Positions 49,287 through 59,143 are shown, numbered from the stretch's first letter. The stretch: 64,000 nt of DNA from an uncultured Alphaproteobacteria bacterium (GCA_944392865.1 CALXYD010000001.1:2705-66704); one strand, 5' to 3'. Numbers and translations are program-made. Notes: generated from the sequence alone by a model not told the origin.

Positions 49287-50723
49287 GTGGAGATGAATGC
49301 TATGCCGAATCGCTGCAAATACACTCTATGGATTATTGCTTGGCTTTGCTTAGCCACCCCGTGTTTTGCACAATACACCCCGCCGGGTTGGTTTATTGTT
49401 GAAGAACCTATGCCGGCAACAACAAAACCGACTGACAATACCACAGATAAGGAACAAGCCCCCAAAACAGCCTCTCCAACAAAGCGCCCCAGCCCTCAAA
49501 ATACACTCGTTGGCTCAAAAATTAAACAAAGCGAACCACGTTTTGCCGAAAACAACCAAGATTTACGATTAACCGCCGATATTTTCAAACAACTTGCTCT
49601 TCAAGCCCCAAAAAATACTGTTTTTTCGCCACTGGCCTTCTATACCGTTTCCCTAATGCTTGCCAATGGCATAATTGATGAAAACTTATTGGAATTTTCT
49701 AAATTGCTCCCGATTCTCCGTCTGCAAAAAATTAACCAGACCGCAGCAAACTATCTATCTCAAAAAACAAATAATATGATACTGCAAACGTCTTTATGGG
49801 GAAACGCCTTCAGCAAAAACTACCGCCTGAATGTCGGCAAGTTATTCGGTACTGAAGTTTGGAGTCTACAAGGCTCGACCGACATCATCAACAACTGGAG
49901 CGCCGAAAAAACCGCAGGAGAATTTAACGACATAATCCCTGTTAAACCCGTCGGAGAAGAAGAACTTTACGCTCTGGGAATTGCTAATTTTCACATTGAA
50001 CTACCATTTTCTCCTCAACACACCAAAGCAAAATTTTTTCAAAACGCCGATGGTTCAACCGGTGAAGTCATGATGATGTATGGCCAATTAAAAGTTGACT
50101 ACTACGAAGATTCGCTAATGCAAGCCGTCCGTATTCCTTATGACAAAAATGAATCGCTAACCATTTTTCTGCCGCATGAAGGCGCCGATTTACAAAAATT
50201 CATAGCTGCAATAGATACATACCGACTAAATCCCAAATTTAAATCACAAATTGCGACAGATTTATTTATCCCGCGCATCTCTGCCACATCAATCGCTGAT
50301 TCGACTAAAGAACTCTATACACTGTTCGGTATAACCAAAATTTTCCAACCCAATCACAATTTCGCCAAAATGATTGATTACGACACCACCGCCAAACTGG
50401 AAAAAATAATCTACCTAACCAAAATCAACATAATTGAAAAAACAGATACCCCACAGGCACAAACCGGCGGCAACACGCTTAATGTAAAGCAATTTGTCGC
50501 CAATCGGCCTTTTATATTTATGATAAACCGCGGCGACTGTATTGGTTACTTCAATACCGGCAATCCGCTCCCAAAAGAAATAAGCCAACGCCAACAACGC
50601 CGCCAAACCGAAAAAGTAACGATAAAAGAAATGAAAAACGGCAACCCTGCCTGGTATGAAAACAAATCCGAGGACGGAAATTTCGGACTTAAACAAGAAC
50701 TAAGAAACAAACAACTGCGCTAA
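49287..50723 (+). CDS. Secreted serpin-family (serine protease inhibitor) protein with a P/T-rich N-terminal extension
   Basis: Signal peptide; the C-terminal FVANRPFIFMINRGDCIGYFNTGNP resembles the serpin signature (F..NRPFLFLI); overall ~370-aa serpin-length core after a ~90-aa linker. Confidence 0.6.
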   Translation: MEMNAMPNRCKYTLWIIAWLCLATPCFAQYTPPGWFIVEEPMPATTKPTDNTTDKEQAPKTASPTKRPSPQNTLVGSKIKQSEPRFAENNQDLRLTADIFKQLALQAPKNTVFSPLAFYTVSLMLANGIIDENLLEFSKLLPILRLQKINQTAANYLSQKTNNMILQTSLWGNAFSKNYRLNVGKLFGTEVWSLQGSTDIINNWSAEKTAGEFNDIIPVKPVGEEELYALGIANFHIELPFSPQHTKAKFFQNADGSTGEVMMMYGQLKVDYYEDSLMQAVRIPYDKNESLTIFLPHEGADLQKFIAAIDTYRLNPKFKSQIATDLFIPRISATSIADSTKELYTLFGITKIFQPNHNFAKMIDYDTTAKLEKIIYLTKINIIEKTDTPQAQTGGNTLNVKQFVANRPFIFMINRGDCIGYFNTGNPLPKEISQRQQRRQTEKVTIKEMKNGNPAWYENKSEDGNFGLKQELRNKQLR

Positions 50724-50803
50724 TTCTTCAATATGCGCCATCAAACACAAAAAATTAAAGGCCGCAAACGCGACCTTATAACTCAATAAAAGCCATTTTT
50801 CAA

Positions 50804-51088
50804 TTATGCAGTAATTTTTCCTGCGATAACTTTTTTAATTTTCTTTGCTTCTTCTGTCAATTTTCCATCGGGTGTAGCCATCAGATATGCATCTAAACCA
50901 CCCTTATGCTCAATAGAGCGCAGAGTCTTTGTGCAAATCTTCAACTTATAAACCTTGCCCAACGCTTCGCTCAACAACGAAACAACTTGCAGATTCGGCA
51001 TAAAACGGCGGCGGGTTCTGTTGTTAGCGTGGCTCACATTGTTACCGCTCATAACGCCGGTGCCGGAAATTTCACATTTCTTAGCCAT
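50804..51088 (-). CDS. rpmB: 50S ribosomal protein L28
   Basis: MAKKCEISGTGVMSGNNVSHANNRTRRRFMPNLQ is a canonical L28 N-terminus. Confidence 0.9.
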   Translation of the reverse strand: MAKKCEISGTGVMSGNNVSHANNRTRRRFMPNLQVVSLLSEALGKVYKLKICTKTLRSIEHKGGLDAYLMATPDGKLTEEAKKIKKVIAGKITA

Positions 51089-51236
51089 TTTTTTATCCTT
51101 TACTCAAAAAACTTTTGCTCATACATACAAACATAATCCGCATAAGTCAAGCAAAATCTTCGTAAAAACTTTAAAAAAAGCTGGATATTTAAAAAAAACC
51201 GGTGTATAAGCGTAACCGCAATGTAATTTGCAACGT

Positions 51237-51313
51237 GTACCCGTAGCTCAATTGGATAGAGTGTTGGCCTCCGACGCCAAAGGTTGCGAGTTCGAACCTC
51301 GCCGGGTGCACCA
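51237..51313 (+). tRNA. tRNA-Arg (anticodon CCG), 77 nt with encoded CCA
   Basis: Acceptor GTACCCG/CGGGTGC (one G-U), D-stem GCTC/GAGT, anticodon stem TTGGC/GCCAA with loop CTCCGAC, T-stem GCGAG/CTCGC with loop TTCGAAC. Confidence 0.8.
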
Positions 51314-51335
51314 TTTTTGTATCTCTTCATATCTA

Positions 51336-51362
51336 AAACAAAAGCCTCCCGAAGGAGGCCGC
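51336..51362 (-). terminator. Intrinsic terminator of the histidine phosphatase gene
   Basis: On the minus strand a GCCTCCttcgGGAGGC hairpin is followed by TTTTGTTTTAG. Confidence 0.65.
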
Positions 51363-51364
51363 TA

Positions 51365-51958
51365 CTAATCAAAAATCTGCACAAATTCCCTTGTCTGGGT
51401 GTTATATTGCAAATGCAACACCGAACAATTCCCGTTTGGCGTATTTTTCAACCCCAAACCGCACTTCAGCGCACTCATCACACCGGCATGGCATACAATA
51501 CCGACAATCGCATTATCTTTATTGACAATCTGGTCAATACAATGCAGCACTCTGCCGAAAATTTCTCGTTTGCTCTCGCCGCCCGGAAATCGGATATTCC
51601 AATTTTCACACGTCGGCCAACATACGTTCTCAACAAATTCATCGCCAAACATTGCCCGCACCTCGTCAAAAGTATGCCCTTCCGCCTCACCGAAATTACC
51701 CTCGCGCAAATCCTGAAGAATAACAATCGGCAAATCCTTTTCACTTTGTCGGGCAATTTCATTAGCCGTCTGCACTGCCCGAATCAGCGGAGAACAATAC
51801 AATACTTCAAACCCGAGATTTTGAACATTTTTCGCTAATTCCGCGGCTTGCCGCTCGCCGTTTTCATTCAGCACGGCGTCCAACCCGCATCCCTGCCAAC
51901 GATATTCCAAATTATACATTGTCTCACCGTGGCGAATAACATACAAATTTTTCTTCAT
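51365..51958 (-). CDS. Histidine phosphatase family protein (phosphoglycerate-mutase-like)
   Basis: LYVIRHGETMYN is the RHG catalytic motif; 197 aa. Confidence 0.8.
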   Translation of the reverse strand: MKKNLYVIRHGETMYNLEYRWQGCGLDAVLNENGERQAAELAKNVQNLGFEVLYCSPLIRAVQTANEIARQSEKDLPIVILQDLREGNFGEAEGHTFDEVRAMFGDEFVENVCWPTCENWNIRFPGGESKREIFGRVLHCIDQIVNKDNAIVGIVCHAGVMSALKCGLGLKNTPNGNCSVLHLQYNTQTREFVQIFD

Positions 51959-52102
51959 AAACTTAACAATTTTAAAATAATATCAGTTCGCTCCAAATCT
52001 ATCTGCAAAATTTTATTATGCAACTATTATTTCTTAACCTTTCTCCAACAAAAAAGCAGCCCTAACGCTAAGTAGGGCTGCCAATTATCCCAATTTAGCA
52101 AA

Positions 52103-53272
52103 CTATTTGCCTAATAACTCATCAGCCAATGCCTCAAGTTGCTTAATATCAGCCTCTTTCATCGCCGACTTAATTGAAACAACCGAGTTCAAAAACGTCA
52201 GATTCTTCAATTCTTCCATCTCTGCCCGCATTTTCTTTGCCGCCATCGGCGCCCAAGAGCCGTTTTCAATAAATGCAACTTTGCGATTCTGATAATTTTT
52301 GCTCTTCAGGTGGGCGATAAAACTTTCCATACATGGGAAAATACCGCCATCGTATGTAACCGAAGCCAGCACCAATCTGTCATAACGAAAAGCGTCTTCC
52401 ACCGCCTCCGCCATATCATCGCGCGCCAAATCAGTAATTGCCACTTTCGGTGCCCCTTTGGCTTCCAAAATCTCTTTAAGCTTTTCCGCCGCCTGTTTCG
52501 TATGCCCGTAAACTGACGCATAGGCAATAAAGATTCCTTCATCTTCCGGTCTATAACTGCTCCAAATATCATATTTGTTAATATAATACCCCAGATTCTC
52601 CGTCAACATCGGCCCATGCAACGCAAAAATCTTCTGAATATCCAACGTTGCCGCTTTCTTTAGCAACGCCTGAACCTGCACACCGTATTTCCCGACAATA
52701 TTGATATAATAGCGCCGTGCCTCGCAATCCCATTCATCATCAACATCTAATGCGCCAAACTTGCCGAAAGCATCTGCCGAAAACAAAATTTTTTCTTTTT
52801 TCTCGTATGCTACCATAACTTCCGGCCAATGCACCATCGGCGCCATAACAAATGTCAGCGTATGCGCCCCCAACGACAATTCATCGCCTTCGTTAACCTC
52901 AACTTTACGCCCGCTTAAATCCAAATGTTCAAAAAACTGTGGAATCATATTAAACGCTTTCGGATTCGTTACCAATTTGGCGTTTTTGTATTTATTTAAA
53001 AAGAGTTCAATATTTGCCGCATGATCCGGTTCAAGATGTAAAACAACCAGATAATCCGGCTCTTTTTCACCCAAAACTTCTTCCAAATTCTTCAGCCACT
53101 CATCAGTCGCCCGCTTATCTACCGTATCCATCACGGCAATTTTTTCATCCATAATAACATAAGAGTTGTATGAAATCCCCTCAGGAATAACATATTGCCC
53201 TTCAAACAAATCCAGCGTCTTATCATCTGCACCGACATAATAAACGCTATCCGTCAATTTTTTATTTTGCAT
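52103..53272 (-). CDS. Flavodiiron protein (FprA-type; metallo-beta-lactamase plus flavodoxin domains)
   Basis: HLEPDH di-iron motif in the N-terminal lactamase-like domain and a C-terminal flavodoxin domain; 389 aa. Confidence 0.85.
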   Translation of the reverse strand: MQNKKLTDSVYYVGADDKTLDLFEGQYVIPEGISYNSYVIMDEKIAVMDTVDKRATDEWLKNLEEVLGEKEPDYLVVLHLEPDHAANIELFLNKYKNAKLVTNPKAFNMIPQFFEHLDLSGRKVEVNEGDELSLGAHTLTFVMAPMVHWPEVMVAYEKKEKILFSADAFGKFGALDVDDEWDCEARRYYINIVGKYGVQVQALLKKAATLDIQKIFALHGPMLTENLGYYINKYDIWSSYRPEDEGIFIAYASVYGHTKQAAEKLKEILEAKGAPKVAITDLARDDMAEAVEDAFRYDRLVLASVTYDGGIFPCMESFIAHLKSKNYQNRKVAFIENGSWAPMAAKKMRAEMEELKNLTFLNSVVSIKSAMKEADIKQLEALADELLGK

Positions 53273-53308
53273 AGCCTTACTCCTAACACAAATTATTTCA
53301 ATTACTGT

Positions 53309-53968
53309 TTATCTAACCTTTTCTTCAATAATTGCAACCGCTTTTTGAAACACCTCATCTATTCCCATATCCGACGTATCAAGAATATACGCATCGTCTG
53401 CCGGTTTCATCGGTGCATCTTTTCGGGTTGCATCACGTTCATCGCGGGCTTTGACATCTTTAAGCACCGTTTCAAAATCCGTATTCTGCCCTTTTGCCGC
53501 AAATTCATCAAACCGCCGTTTTGCTCTTACTTCCGGCTTGGCGGTAATAAAAAATTTCACAGTGGCTTGCGGACAAATTACCGTTCCGGTATCTCTACCG
53601 TCATAAATAACCCCTTTCGCCGGAGTCCCATCTGCAAAAGTCGGCTTAAAAGCAAAATTGCGCTGCATATCAAGCAACTTACGCCTAACCCCGGAATAGC
53701 TGGAAACAATAGACGCCGCTTCTCCGCCTTTCGCCGAACGAAATTCTTTATCCTCCGCCAATGCCATCATTTTTGCAAAAGTCAACTCGCCGGCCAACCG
53801 CTCGGCGTATACGGCATCCGACAAATTCCGCCCGCTGTGCAACATCATCACGCCGATTGCCCGATAAACCATTCCCGTATCAAAATAAGCCAATCCGTAT
53901 TTCTTTGCCAAATTCTGAGAAAGCGTCCCTTTGCCGGCCGCTGCCGGCCCGTCCACCGTAATAATCAT
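53309..53968 (-). CDS. cmk: Cytidylate kinase
   Basis: MIITVDGPAAAGKGTLSQNLAKKYGLAYFDTGMVYRA is the P-loop and CMP-kinase signature. Confidence 0.9.
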   Translation of the reverse strand: MIITVDGPAAAGKGTLSQNLAKKYGLAYFDTGMVYRAIGVMMLHSGRNLSDAVYAERLAGELTFAKMMALAEDKEFRSAKGGEAASIVSSYSGVRRKLLDMQRNFAFKPTFADGTPAKGVIYDGRDTGTVICPQATVKFFITAKPEVRAKRRFDEFAAKGQNTDFETVLKDVKARDERDATRKDAPMKPADDAYILDTSDMGIDEVFQKAVAIIEEKVR

Positions 53969-54064
53969 TGCATACCTTGCCTCTAATTAAAAAATTTTAT
54001 CTATTCTTTAACATATCCGCCTTAATATCATAGCATAAAATTACTTTATGCAAAGAATAAAACA

Positions 54065-54796
54065 ATGGCAAAAAACTTTCGCTTGTATATAAAAGAATCG
54101 CTGGCGCCCGAAAAAATCGTCATCCTGGACGAAGCTCAGTCGCATTATTTAAAAAATGTTGTCAAAATGTCCTCCCAAGACACTGTTTCTTGCTTTGACG
54201 GTCAAAACGGCGAATTTTCCACTTCAATCTTAAACATTGGCAAAAAAAACATCACCTTAAAAATTGCCGACAAAATTAAACCTTTTTATGCCTGCCCGGA
54301 TATATGGCTGCTTTTCGCCCCATTAAAAAAAGATTGCACAGATTTTGTCATTGAAAAGGCAACCGAGCTTGGCTGCCGCCGGATTCTCCCGGTAATTACC
54401 GAGCACACCAATACGATAAACATAAAAATTGACCGCTATCTTGCTCAAAGCATTGAAGCCGCCGAACAATGCCGTCGCACCGACATACCGGAAATCGCCG
54501 CCCCGCAAGCCTTAGATACGCTTTTAACCAACTGGGACAGCCAAAGAACTTTATTTTATATGGATGAAACCCTAAACAGCCCGAGTTATTACACTGTGTT
54601 ACAAAATAATCCGGCAAACAAAGCCGCCGTTTTAATCGGTCCCGAAGGAGGTTTTTCACCTCGTGAATTAGCCACATTGCACAATGCCTCTTTCGCCAGA
54701 GGCGCAACTCTCGGGTCAAGAATTCTACGCGCGGAAACCGCCGCTTTGGCAGCCTTGTCCTGCTGGCAACTTATATCTGGAGATTGGAGTAAATAA
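54065..54796 (+). CDS. rsmE: 16S rRNA (uracil1498-N3)-methyltransferase RsmE family
   Basis: 243 aa; an N-terminal PUA-like region and a C-terminal SPOUT fold with IGPEGGFSPRE, the RsmE motif. Confidence 0.8.
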   Translation: MAKNFRLYIKESLAPEKIVILDEAQSHYLKNVVKMSSQDTVSCFDGQNGEFSTSILNIGKKNITLKIADKIKPFYACPDIWLLFAPLKKDCTDFVIEKATELGCRRILPVITEHTNTINIKIDRYLAQSIEAAEQCRRTDIPEIAAPQALDTLLTNWDSQRTLFYMDETLNSPSYYTVLQNNPANKAAVLIGPEGGFSPRELATLHNASFARGATLGSRILRAETAALAALSCWQLISGDWSK

Positions 54797-54797
54797 A

Positions 54798-55505
54798 ATG
54801 AAAATATTGATAGCCGATGACCACGAATTGTTTTTAAAAGGCCTGGAATTTATCTTAAAAGAAAATCTCTCAAATCCGCAACTCGTAACAGCACAAAGTT
54901 ACACAGACATCTTTGCCATCTTGGAACAACAACAGGATTTTGATTTAATCATTACAGACCTGGCTATGCCCGGCGCCGCCTGGCTACCGGCTCTAAACAA
55001 AATACATACGCTAATACCCGAAACGCCCGTCATTATTATCTCCGCCGTGTTTGATAAAGAAATACTCCAGCAAACACTTGACATCGGCGTTGCCGGATAT
55101 ATCCCGAAAACCGCTTCAAACAACCTCATTATCAGCGCCATCAATCTCGTTTTGGCCGGAGGAATGTATATCCCGCACGAATTGCTGTATTCAACCAAAA
55201 TCAATACGCCGGAAAACAAACAGCCGGAATACTATGCCCCGCTGAAAACTTTAGAAAAATTTGCAGAAAACAACAAAGAAACACCACAAAAAGGTTTAAC
55301 CGAGCGTCAGATAGACATTGTAAAATGCATTGCCGAAGGCTTGTCCAACAAACAAATTGCCTACAAATTGCATTTAACGGAAGGAACGGTCAAAGTTCAC
55401 ATTACCGTCATCTTAAAAGTATTAAACGTAAAAAACCGCACTGCCGCCATTATAGAGGCAGCCAAACGCGGTTACATATCCGATAAGATTCCTGATGCAA
55501 AATAA
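54798..55505 (+). CDS. LuxR/NarL-family response regulator (REC plus HTH), orphan
   Basis: MKILIADDHELFLKGL... with phospho-acceptor D in IITDLAMPG; the C-terminal LTERQIDIVKCIAEGLSNKQIAYKLHLTEGTVKVH is a LuxR HTH. The real start is at 54798; the track ORF 54684 is an upstream in-frame extension overlapping rsmE. Confidence 0.85.
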   Translation: MKILIADDHELFLKGLEFILKENLSNPQLVTAQSYTDIFAILEQQQDFDLIITDLAMPGAAWLPALNKIHTLIPETPVIIISAVFDKEILQQTLDIGVAGYIPKTASNNLIISAINLVLAGGMYIPHELLYSTKINTPENKQPEYYAPLKTLEKFAENNKETPQKGLTERQIDIVKCIAEGLSNKQIAYKLHLTEGTVKVHITVILKVLNVKNRTAAIIEAAKRGYISDKIPDAK

Positions 55506-55523
55506 AAACCAAAGAGGAAACAA

Positions 55524-56198
55524 ATGGCAAAAAACGCAAAAAAAACTTACCCACCCTATTTAACTGACATTTATGGCTGGCTTTATTTTAACCCCAAACT
55601 TTACAATTTCCTAGATAATGCTTTTTTATTAAATTTTTTGACTCTCGGTTACCACCGCATTCTCTCTGAGGAAGTCAAAAAAGAAATCTCACCGCATTCG
55701 CACATATTGCAAATCGGCGCCACTCTGGGCGGACAAATTGAAAAAGCCTATTCCGGTCTGGGAATGTTAGGTTCATACACCCTCGTTGACATTATCCCGG
55801 AAATACTTGAAAATTGCCGTGAAAAGCACTTGGAACAAAAAATAACCTATGTCCACGCCAACGCTGCCAAACCACTGAAAGGCGAATATGACATCATCAT
55901 CAGCTATATGCTACTGCACGAACTGCCGCCTTTTACCCGCACCAAAGTAATTGATAATATCTTAAAGGCGCTCAAACCCGGCGGTAAGGCAATCTTTATT
56001 GACTATCACCAGCCTTCTTCTTACCATCCGCTAAAATACATTATTCGCGCCGTCAATCGGCTGTATCAGCCTTTTGCCGAAAGCCTGTGGAAAAACTCTG
56101 TCCGTGGTATGGCCACTCACCCCGAAACCTGCCGTTGGTCGCAACAAACCTACTTCGGCGGAGTCTATCAAAAAGCCGTTGCCACAAAAAATAATTAA
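55524..56198 (+). CDS. Class I SAM-dependent methyltransferase
   Basis: Rossmann-fold core with the acidic residue DIIP and motif GGKAIFIDY; 224 aa. Confidence 0.6.
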   Translation: MAKNAKKTYPPYLTDIYGWLYFNPKLYNFLDNAFLLNFLTLGYHRILSEEVKKEISPHSHILQIGATLGGQIEKAYSGLGMLGSYTLVDIIPEILENCREKHLEQKITYVHANAAKPLKGEYDIIISYMLLHELPPFTRTKVIDNILKALKPGGKAIFIDYHQPSSYHPLKYIIRAVNRLYQPFAESLWKNSVRGMATHPETCRWSQQTYFGGVYQKAVATKNN

Positions 56199-56200
56199 CA

Positions 56201-56692
56201 TTACAAATATTTTACCATCTTAACCGTAGGAAGTTGCACATCCGCCATTTTCCAAACCCCATTCGGCTTATTTGCAAAAACAAAACCGCATTTCTGATAA
56301 AAACCCACTGATGGACCATCTTTTAACGTACTTATTTCTATCCGCGAAACTTTTACTTTATATTCTTCGCTGACATACTCTAACAAGCATCTGCCGATTC
56401 CCTGTTTTTGGCAACTTGGATGCACATAGATAGCACTGATATACAAACATTTTTCTTTTTCATCTATATCAAGCAAATCAAGAAAGCCTTTAATTTCACC
56501 ACCTTCTTCACATAAATAAACACTTTCATCCTTCTGTATATGATTTGCAAAAAAAGGATTTCCTTCAGGTATAACAATATTATCCAAAAAACTATCCGGT
56601 AAATACCCTCTGTAAGAGGTTTGATACGTTTCTTTCCAAATTATTCCTAATGCCATTGCATCTTCAACCCTGGCTTTTCTGATTTTCAACAT
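56201..56692 (-). CDS. GNAT family N-acetyltransferase
   Basis: The CQKQGIGRCLLEYV motif A; 163 aa. Confidence 0.75.
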   Translation of the reverse strand: MLKIRKARVEDAMALGIIWKETYQTSYRGYLPDSFLDNIVIPEGNPFFANHIQKDESVYLCEEGGEIKGFLDLLDIDEKEKCLYISAIYVHPSCQKQGIGRCLLEYVSEEYKVKVSRIEISTLKDGPSVGFYQKCGFVFANKPNGVWKMADVQLPTVKMVKYL

Positions 56693-56752
56693 GACACATT
56701 ACTCCTTCTGCTTTAATAATCCCATGGGGCAAAGAAATCTTTGCCCCTTTCA

Positions 56753-58096
56753 TTATTTATTTTTAAACTTGGCAATTAATCTTTGCGGATTAACGACAAC
56801 CCCGATTCCCTCACGATAATCTCCGGTTTCCAAAGCTGTCGCAAAAAAATCTTTCGGCGTCAAATCTGTCCGCACGCTTCGGCACAGCATAAACAGCCCG
56901 CTCAACCAAAAACTCCCTAAACATGACGTTGTATTAAATAAATACGAGCCTATGGTATACTGGCACGGAACCGTTTGCCCATATCCGATAAGACAAAGAG
57001 TATCCCGATTCTTTTTCTTGTCATTACGTTTAGAAACTACATGCACAACATAATCATCAGGATTATCAATATCTCCTTCCATTCTGCATTCAATATCCGC
57101 ATAATCAAAGGCATACGGATATTTATTAACAAATATTCCCAAACTTTCCGCCTGTTTAATTGCTGATTGCACATCTTCGGATAATTCTCCGAATACTTCA
57201 TTCAAAACAACAACATCAATACCGTTTTTTCCACTTTTCTTAAGCTCTTCGTGCAACTGGCAAACTCTTCTTATCGCCTCGGCAAACTGTGAAAAATCCT
57301 CACTGGCTGAGTCAACGGCAAAATAATAAACTTTAGCTTTCGGCGCCACACCGCAATTTTTTCCGGACAACAAGGCAACTTTCCATCCTCCGTTTGCCCC
57401 CTCATGTGCTGCTGTGTCGCTTTTAAGATTGATATAATCAGCCAAACTGTCACGATATTCCAAATGCGGACGAAGCACACCTTGGCTGATAATCGCTGCA
57501 TTTCTTCCCCTGCCGTCAATTCCTGACTGATGAAGTTTACGAATACCCAACCCCGGATTTTTTCTCTTTTCTAAAAAAGCCTTCGGATTAAAGTTTTTAG
57601 GCATTTTTGCTTCATCCGCCGGCCAAATTGTAAAATCGTCAAACGTTGCTTTAGAAACGTCCAATCCGGATAAATCGGCAAAAGAAACATCAAAATTATT
57701 TATATGGATATACGAAGACCAGCCCCAGGAATGTTTTTGCCTATAATTTACCAAGTCCAAATCTCCCCGAAAATCAGGCCCTTGAATACCATATCGTTCT
57801 GCCATACTATATCCCAATTCTTCATGGCTATACCAAATTCTCAATGGTGACGACAATTTTTTATTTTGCGCAATATTCAAAGCCGCCGCTAAATCCCACC
57901 GTTCAGCTTTAGCCAAATCATCCCAACTGTTAAATCCATATTCTTTGGCAACGATATGCTGCGCCTGCATCAAAGACAAATCCGTCTTGCCGCTAAAATA
58001 CTTAGCCGCCAGCTCCGTCTCTCTTTTATTTTTGCTCCGAAAATCTTTTAAGAAGCACTTTGCTTCCAACTTGAAAACATCAATATAATCAAACAT
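56753..58096 (-). CDS. Subtilisin-like (peptidase S8 fold) protein with an N-terminal extra domain; catalytic Asp apparently substituted
   Basis: AHEGANGGWKVALLSGKNCGVAPKAKVYYFAV aligns with subtilisin HGTHVAGTVAAL..GVLGVAPSASLYAVKV; NTTSCLGSFW aligns with NGTSMASPHV; at the Asp32 position VIDSG is replaced by IISQG. Confidence 0.45.
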   Translation of the reverse strand: MFDYIDVFKLEAKCFLKDFRSKNKRETELAAKYFSGKTDLSLMQAQHIVAKEYGFNSWDDLAKAERWDLAAALNIAQNKKLSSPLRIWYSHEELGYSMAERYGIQGPDFRGDLDLVNYRQKHSWGWSSYIHINNFDVSFADLSGLDVSKATFDDFTIWPADEAKMPKNFNPKAFLEKRKNPGLGIRKLHQSGIDGRGRNAAIISQGVLRPHLEYRDSLADYINLKSDTAAHEGANGGWKVALLSGKNCGVAPKAKVYYFAVDSASEDFSQFAEAIRRVCQLHEELKKSGKNGIDVVVLNEVFGELSEDVQSAIKQAESLGIFVNKYPYAFDYADIECRMEGDIDNPDDYVVHVVSKRNDKKKNRDTLCLIGYGQTVPCQYTIGSYLFNTTSCLGSFWLSGLFMLCRSVRTDLTPKDFFATALETGDYREGIGVVVNPQRLIAKFKNK

Positions 58097-58346
58097 TACA
58101 TATTCCTTTCTTAACAGCCTATTCTCTACGCCTGTCCGATTAGCATAAATAAACCGTCTTAAAAGAAATCTGCATTAAAATCACTCTGGCAATGTATCAC
58201 TTTAGCGGACACACCGGGCGCTTGCCTCGCCACTACCAGACCTACTACACAAAAAAAACACATTTGTCAACAATATTTTTCCCAAACAAAAAACGGCTGC
58301 TTCTGCTAAAGAAACAACCGTCTTTCGTTTGCAAAAATTTAAAACA

Positions 58347-58829
58347 TCAAGATTTAGCCACGCTGATTTTCTTAAACTTTTGCTTTTCCATTTGAGATTT
58401 GGGAATAGATACCGTCAACACGCCATTGTTATACTTGGCGGTCGTCGCCTCATAATCCAAATCCCACGGAAGTTGTATGGTTCGCCGAAACGTCCCATAC
58501 GAAATTTCAGAAAAATAATTATCTTTGGCATTTTCCTCAAATTCGTTTCGTTTCTCACCGCAAATACTCAAATAGCCGTCTGCCGAAACTTTCAAATCAA
58601 TATCTTTCCCCTCAATTCCGGGAATTTCGGCCGTAACCTTCACGGCATCTTTGTTTTCAGTAACCTGAATTTTTGGTGCTAAATCCGCATATTCCGAATT
58701 TGAGTTATCCATAAAATTCCAAAAATAATTCATCAGGCTTCTGAAATCCGTCGGATTATGAGAAACGGACAAATCGTGTGAATTTTGCGCCGAATTTGTT
58801 ACCGCATTTCTCATTTTTCCCTCCGTCAA
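58347..58829 (-). CDS. Hsp20/alpha-crystallin family small heat-shock protein
   Basis: Alpha-crystallin domain (...VKVTAEIPGIEGKDIDLKV... GVLTVSIPK). Confidence 0.85.
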   Translation of the reverse strand: MTEGKMRNAVTNSAQNSHDLSVSHNPTDFRSLMNYFWNFMDNSNSEYADLAPKIQVTENKDAVKVTAEIPGIEGKDIDLKVSADGYLSICGEKRNEFEENAKDNYFSEISYGTFRRTIQLPWDLDYEATTAKYNNGVLTVSIPKSQMEKQKFKKISVAKS

Positions 58830-58831
58830 TT

Positions 58832-58984
58832 AATTTTCTTCCATTTCCATAACTTCAATTTCATCAACTTCCTCCGGCAACTTAGAACCGCAGCGGCAAC
58901 CGGAAGAAGCTTTCGTCCCGGCGCTTGGCTTCTGGCCGGACTGAGATTTTTCGTTAGAAAATTTAGATTGCGAACTTTTCATTT
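58832..58984 (-). CDS. Possible small ORF (about 50 aa, S/K-rich with a CRCG motif and acidic tail) immediately upstream of hsp20
   Basis: The minus-strand ATG reads MKSSQSKFSNEKSQSGQKPSAGTKASSGCRCGSKLPEEVDEIEVMEMEEN and stops 2 nt before the hsp20 start; below the track size cutoff. Confidence 0.25.
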
Positions 58985-59143
58985 CTTACCTCCAAAATAC
59001 ATTTTTGTAAAAACCGGCCGAATATCATTGCCACAAAGCAACGCAACCGGTGTAAATTCTGCTAAAATTTACATCGGTAAGATAATAAACCCGCAATTAA
59101 ATTTTAAGCTAAACAAAAGGGCAGCCCCTACTGCCCTTTATAT

